Shown here piece after piece: positions 58,656 to 64,000 of a stretch of DNA of 64,000 bases (position 1 is its first letter; each line of letters opens with the position of its first letter). The stretch covers positions 15,686,001-15,750,000 of the forward strand of contig JBHGNT010000007.1 in the NCBI GenBank assembly GCA_043228905.1. The letters are read 5' to 3'. The DNA is from Azolla caroliniana (taxonomy: Eukaryota > Plantae > Polypodiophyta). The position numbers and the translations under genes were made by a program. The notes under the pieces are model-generated. The model saw only the letters and a list, made by a program, of their open reading frames with translations, was not told the origin of the DNA and searched no databases.

Positions 58656-60473
58656 GAATGTACCCGGAGGGAGATCCGGATGCGGGGACATATTTGTGAA
58701 TATGTTTGCCAAGAGCCCTTGAGGCTATATTTGTAAATAGCCCGAAAGTCATATGTGTATAAATATGACTTAGGGCAAACAGTTTATGTTGTTGCTTAAT
58801 TTTCATGCGAAGTGAGAGCAGCCGAGAGAGAGAGAGAGAGAGAGAGAGACGAAGAGGTCGTTGCCTCTGTGTATTGCCGCCGCCTGTGGCGAAGACAGTG
58901 AGCTCAAGGTTGTTGCCTTGTAGCTTCACCAGTGTACATCCCTGTTCATAGTGATAGTTGGAGTTTGAGGACTCCCGTGGTTTTTCCCATTTAGGGTTTT
59001 CCACGTAAAACATCCAGTGTACCTTTCTCTCTATTGTTTTGTGCATTTTGTATTTCCTGTTTTCTGTGAGTTGATCCCATTCCTTGGTTGTGGCCGAGCA
59101 CCCTTTTTTCAACAATAGTTAATGCTACAAAAGTAGTCAAGGGTGTGTTCACACACTAAACTAGGTTGAGCTTGATTCTCAACACGCCCCCTCAAGCTCA
59201 AATCTGGTCAGTTCGTTTTGGTTGATGTCTGCATTGGCTGGTGTCCGGTTCTCTCTCAACACGCCCCCTCAAGCTTGGCAAGTCAGGGATCGTCAATCCA
59301 AGGTCTGCCATGAATTGTCGAAGCTTGTTGGCTCCTAAGGCTTTGCTGAAGATGTCGACTGTCTGAAGATTTATGTTGATGTGTTGAAGGTCGCCATCAC
59401 CAACCTGAACGCGCACTCGAATGAAGTGATACTACACTTCGATATGTTTCGTGCGTGCGTGGAACACCGGGTTCCGAGCCAGATAAATACTGCTCATGTT
59501 GTCGTAGTAAAGGAGAATCAGATCTTTGATGGGAATGCCCAAATCCTTCAATATCCTCTTGAGCCATACAACTTCACATGTAGCCACTACGACGCCCCTA
59601 TATTCGGCCTTTGTGCTTGAAAGAGCGACAATTGGTTGCTTCTTGCAATTCCATGAAATCGCTCCGTTGCCGAGGGAGAAAACAAATACGGAGGTCAATT
59701 GTCGGTCGGCTCTTTAGCCGGCCTAGTCGGCATCCGTGAGCCCTTCGAGTCGAATTGGTGTGACCGATTTGTAGAGAATGCCGCTATCTATTGTGCCGCT
59801 CACGTATCGTAATACTCGCTTAGCGCAATCCAAGTGAATGTCATGTGGCTTTTGCATGAATTGATTAAGGAGACCGACTGGATAGCTAAGGTTGGTCGAG
59901 TGATTGTGAGATAGATGAGGCTCCCGATCAGTTCTTGATACTGAGTCAGCGGAGTCAGCATCCAGTTTGAAGTTTCGATCGAGAGGGGTTGCCATAGATT
60001 TACACTTAGTCATCCTGAAGTTGAATAACAAGTTAAGGATGTAGTGTCATTGAGAGATCATAATGCCGACTGGAGTCCGAATTACCTCGATGCCAAGGAA
60101 GTAATAGAGCTCCTTCATGTCCTCATCTCGAATTTGCTAGAGAGGAGGGACTTTCACCTTGTTGATGTCGATTAGACTTTCACCACCAATGACTAGATCA
60201 TCCACATATAGGATGATGACAATCCGACTTCCAGAATTGCTTCTTATGTAGAGGGAGTTGTCGGATTTCGACATTCTAAAGCCGATTCGATGAAGATACT
60301 GTGTTATCTTCGAGTGCCAAGAACGTGGTGCTTGCTTATGGCCGTAGAGTGACTTCTTTAATTGACAAACTGCTTTTGGATGGGTCCTTGATTCAAAGCT
60401 GAGTGGTTGTACCATGTACACCTCCTCCTCACGCATATTTTCTAGGAAAAAGCTTTAGTTAGAAGAAAAACGC

Positions 60474-63400
60474 TGTCGCGTTGTTACGCGTGAGCGTGGA
60501 GAAACGAGGCGGGACCACCGGGGTCTTGAACCGAAGAGTAGGTGATAGAAGGGGGAAAGAGAAAGAGAGAGACGCCTGGTTACGTATGAGCAAAGGAACA
60601 CAGGGACACGACCCATCAACGCAGAAGACACGAATGGACAGAGAGAAAGAGAGACACGAAAGTTTGTGTATTAACGAATAACAATTAAACAACAGAGCAC
60701 GTGAACGGTTACAACCGAACAGGCCAGCGAACAGATGCCGATGCCTGCTCGTTTGCGCACGAAAGGGGATAGGATGGAGGTGCTGCCGGAAGCACACGGG
60801 CGTTCCTCGAAGCAGCGCGAGCCTCCCGAAAACCTGCATGGAAGAGTGATGGAGAACGAACAGAGGAGAAGCGTTTGGTTACGGTCCAACAACACTTCGT
60901 CCTCCTCAATGCGCGATCCCCCTCTCCCCGCGTCTCCCTCTCTTTTATAGCTTCAAGAAGGGAGCCGTTCCCTCATTTACTTCCTACCTACCGAATCTAA
61001 TTACCTAGGATATACCTATGTACCTAATTCCCTATTATATACATTAAAGGGCGCGCACGCGTGAAGAGCCGGTTCACGCGAGCTATGCACCGATTGCGCC
61101 AAGGGACGGTTTTCTTCACGACATCCGCCCCCACCTAACCGCGCATCCACCGATATGCGCCAAAATTGCGCTCTGGTTGGAGAAAACCGGTTCGAGTTCC
61201 GGTTCTTCGTCCATCGGTTCGTCCTCCGTTTCAGACTGTTCGTCGTCGCTGTCCAGGCCTCTTAGATCCGGTTCGCCGTCGTGGCGCTTCTTGAGCGCCT
61301 TGATCCGCTTCCTTGCTACCGGTATTGCTAGTTCCCGACCTGGCCTCCGCATGCCCGGACTAGCGCTTTGACGATCGGTCCGTGTCCGCGCTCCACCTTC
61401 CCGTTTGCCTCTGGATTGTACACTGTGGTGAGCGAGAGCTTGACCCCTAACCGGTCGAACAACTCCTCGGCCTCTTCGGCGTCCAACTCCCCGCGGTCAG
61501 CCACTATCTTCCCAACGCACCCGTACCGACATATCACGTCCTCGATCAGAAACCGACACACGGCCACAGTCGTTTTGTTCTGCAGGGCTCAACCTTCCAC
61601 TTGGTTCGTCAGGTCCTCCCGGGCCAGCACCAGATATCGCATCTGCCCTACGCCCATCGGCATCGTCACCAAATCTACCATCCATTTGAAGTGGATGGCC
61701 GGAGGGTATGTAGGGTGAAGCTCGTCCCGATGTCGGACTATGGAGTGCATCTAACAGTTCTCACAAGTTGTCACGAACCGATGTACGTCCCGGTACAGTC
61801 CCGGCCACCAGTACTTCCCCTTTAGTTTCTAGAACGTGGCCCACGTCCCACGGTGTCCAGCCCAGGGGCTGTCGTGGTAGGCCTTCAACAACTCCTCTTG
61901 TTCCTCCTTCATCGCCACTACTCGGAGCGGGATGCTGTTTCTCTTCTTCGGGTGCTTTCACAAGTATCCGTCCCGGAGAAAGAATCGGTACGCTTTCTTC
62001 CGGATCCGGTTGGCCTCGTCCTTTGTCCATGACGCGTCCGGCGTCATCGTCCTTAAGAATCCCCCAATCTGCAGCCACTCCCCGTCGTACTTGCTCTCGT
62101 TGAAATCGTAAAGCGCCGAAGTGCTCCCCCCCTCGGTTGTTATGTAAGCCGCCTCGAAGAAGTCCACACCGACTTCCTCGTCCTCCGAAACCATGCCACC
62201 CTCGTCGTCGAATCGCGCCCTCGAAAGCATGTCGGCCATGGCATTGTCTTTCCCGGAAATGTGTCGTATTTCCGGATCCAGGGACTTGATGTAAGCTAGC
62301 ATTGCTAGGTCCGGGGTAGCGCATCCGGAAACCATGCCGAGAATCAGCAGGCAGTCCGTCTCGATAATCACCTCTGTCCCGATTAGATAGTCTTTATCGG
62401 CCTTCACCACCGAAATGATACCCCAGAGTTCGCGCTTAACCTGGGCGTATCCTCGCTGTCGCTCGCTGAGGACCTTCGTGCCGAACCGGATTGGGAACCG
62501 AATGCCGTCCTCATCTTCTTGGTTGACGACCCATCCGATCCCGATCGGACTTGTATCTACCGTTATGTAGATGGGAGTGCCTTTCTCGTAGACAGCCTTC
62601 CGGAGTGCCGGAGCTGCAGCAAGAGCCTCCTTCATCTTTTGGACCGACTCCGTATGCTCGTCTCGCCACTCGAATTTCCGCCCCTTTTTCAGCAACCCAT
62701 ATAGCGGCTCGGCAACGTGGGCGTAATGCGGGATCCATATGTGGTAGAACGCGCATGCTCCCAAGAACCTCCGTACCTCCGTGACCGAGTTACAGTCGGG
62801 CTTCATTGCGGAGATGGCTTCCACTTTAACCGGAGACGGTTTCCGGCCATACGGTCCGCATAGATGTCCGACGACCATGATCTCTGATTTCCCGAAGGCC
62901 GATTTCTCCCCGGAGAAGGTGAGCCTCGCGTCCTCTAGCCTCTGCAGCACCCTCTCGCAGTCGTCAATGTGTGTCGCCACAAATTTCCGGCATCCGTCCG
63001 GTCCGACCGTTTCGTCCTTTTCCTCAACCGGACATCCCTTGATCGGGATGTCGTCCAAGAATGGCATGGTGGTGTCCGGGATACAATCCCGCAACACCTT
63101 GTTCATCGCATTCACCATGTGGGCCACCGAGTTCGTCCCTCCTTGTGGCAGGGTACACATCCGCACTAGGCCAAGAGGAGTTCGCATCGTCGTAATGTCT
63201 CTGCTCTCTACGGCTAGTTGGAACTGATCGTACCCCGAGTACAGATCACTGACCGAGTAGATCGACCTTCCGGCGAAGGCCTCCGTGAACTCCTCTATCG
63301 TTGGTCCGATTCCTGCGTTCCGAATGGTCACTCTGTTGACCGGTTGCAGGTCTTGAATGAAGCGCAACGTCCCGTTCTTCTTCGGTACGGTAAACCACCG

Positions 63401-64000
63401 GTTCAAGTACAGGGCACTCGACGGTTCGAGGATGCCCATATCGACTTTCTGCCTCAACAGCTCCATCAGCTCCGGGATGTGAGCTCTCGGTACTGGAATT
63501 GGTTTGAGATTCCACGGCACATGCGGTACCGTGAATATCACCATCGGCTTCACGACTGTCGGGTCTACGCACCCGATCTCTTCCGGTGAGAATGCGAAGG
63601 CTTTCCCGTGCCTTCCGAGCATTCTCCGAAACCGGTCTTCTTCCGCCGGCAGTAGGAACCCGCCCCCACCGATTTTGAGCTCCCGTAGCTTTCCGTCGGT
63701 GAAGGTGTGTCCTATGCAGGCTGGATCTCGTAAACTGGGGTCCGACGCGACCCCCTTGATTCGCAACTCGCTGCCCTCCGGTAAGGGTGCCGTGATTGGC
63801 CTTACCTTCCGGTCCACAGTCTTGTACTTCGTGTTAACCCGGGCCGTCCGATCCGACTCGAGCCCCCGACTAAAGTCCGCGATGACTTCGTACATCTCTT
63901 CTGAACAAACCGGTATCGTCCGGTCCTCTTTAAGGCTCTCTCCGACCACCTCTCGCAGTATTCCCAAGGTATCGTCGAAGGAGACTGCCTCCACAGTTCC
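60474..64000 (-). mobile_element. Second copy (different subfamily) of the 24242-type gypsy: 3' LTR 60474-61123, partly deleted INT, RH, RT; continues beyond the window
   Basis: ORF 61958-63994 is very similar to 25852-28308; same PPT; about 460 bp of integrase missing near 61330. Confidence 0.93.

Larger units (their letters stand above)
53388..59114 (+). mobile_element. Intact, very young Tnt1/Tork-like copia retrotransposon
   Basis: LTRs 53388-54179 and 58295-59114; TSD ATAGT; PBS TGGTATCAGAGC at 54183-54194; PPT GAAGGGGGAG at 58283-58292; single uninterrupted ORF. Confidence 0.98.
53093..60436 (-). mobile_element. 3' half of a copia of the 13985 family; its 3' LTR (53093-53387 plus 59120-59184) is split by the intact Tork element
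   Basis: LTR homologous to 13985-14370; PPT 59185-59198(-); RT/RH remnants 59198-60436 (YVDDLVIGG, HARTKHIEV). Confidence 0.88.

Overview
Eukaryotic land-plant genomic DNA, most likely a non-seed plant such as a fern (inferred from the TE lineages and ARF type, not proven). Most of the window is nested LTR retrotransposons. Five have both LTRs plus target-site duplications: copia 3828-9524 (-), copia 10385-17232 (+), a 1.7 kb RNase-H-only copia derivative 13985-15659 nested in it, a tRNA-Trp-primed gypsy 24242-31216 (-), and an apparently intact Tnt1/Tork-like copia 53388-59114 (+). There are also a fragmented chromovirus, two older Tork-like copies, a second copy of the Trp-type gypsy, solo LTRs and a hAT-type MITE. 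The only clear host gene is a 3-exon class C auxin response factor (ARF10/16/17-like, 48383-51265, about 776 aa) with a miR160 site. The most notable observations are: (1) a candidate -1 ribosomal frameshift signal (G GAU UUU UAG, 6-nt spacer, predicted pseudoknot) placed after the protease in the Trp-primed gypsy; (2) an out-of-frame MPGP start upstream of the ARF, forming an overlapping uORF; (3) a tRNA-like A/B-box segment inside a chromovirus LTR; (4) an apparent Gag module swap and a higher-order 28-bp U3 array in the Tork family. All alignments and mismatch counts were done by eye.
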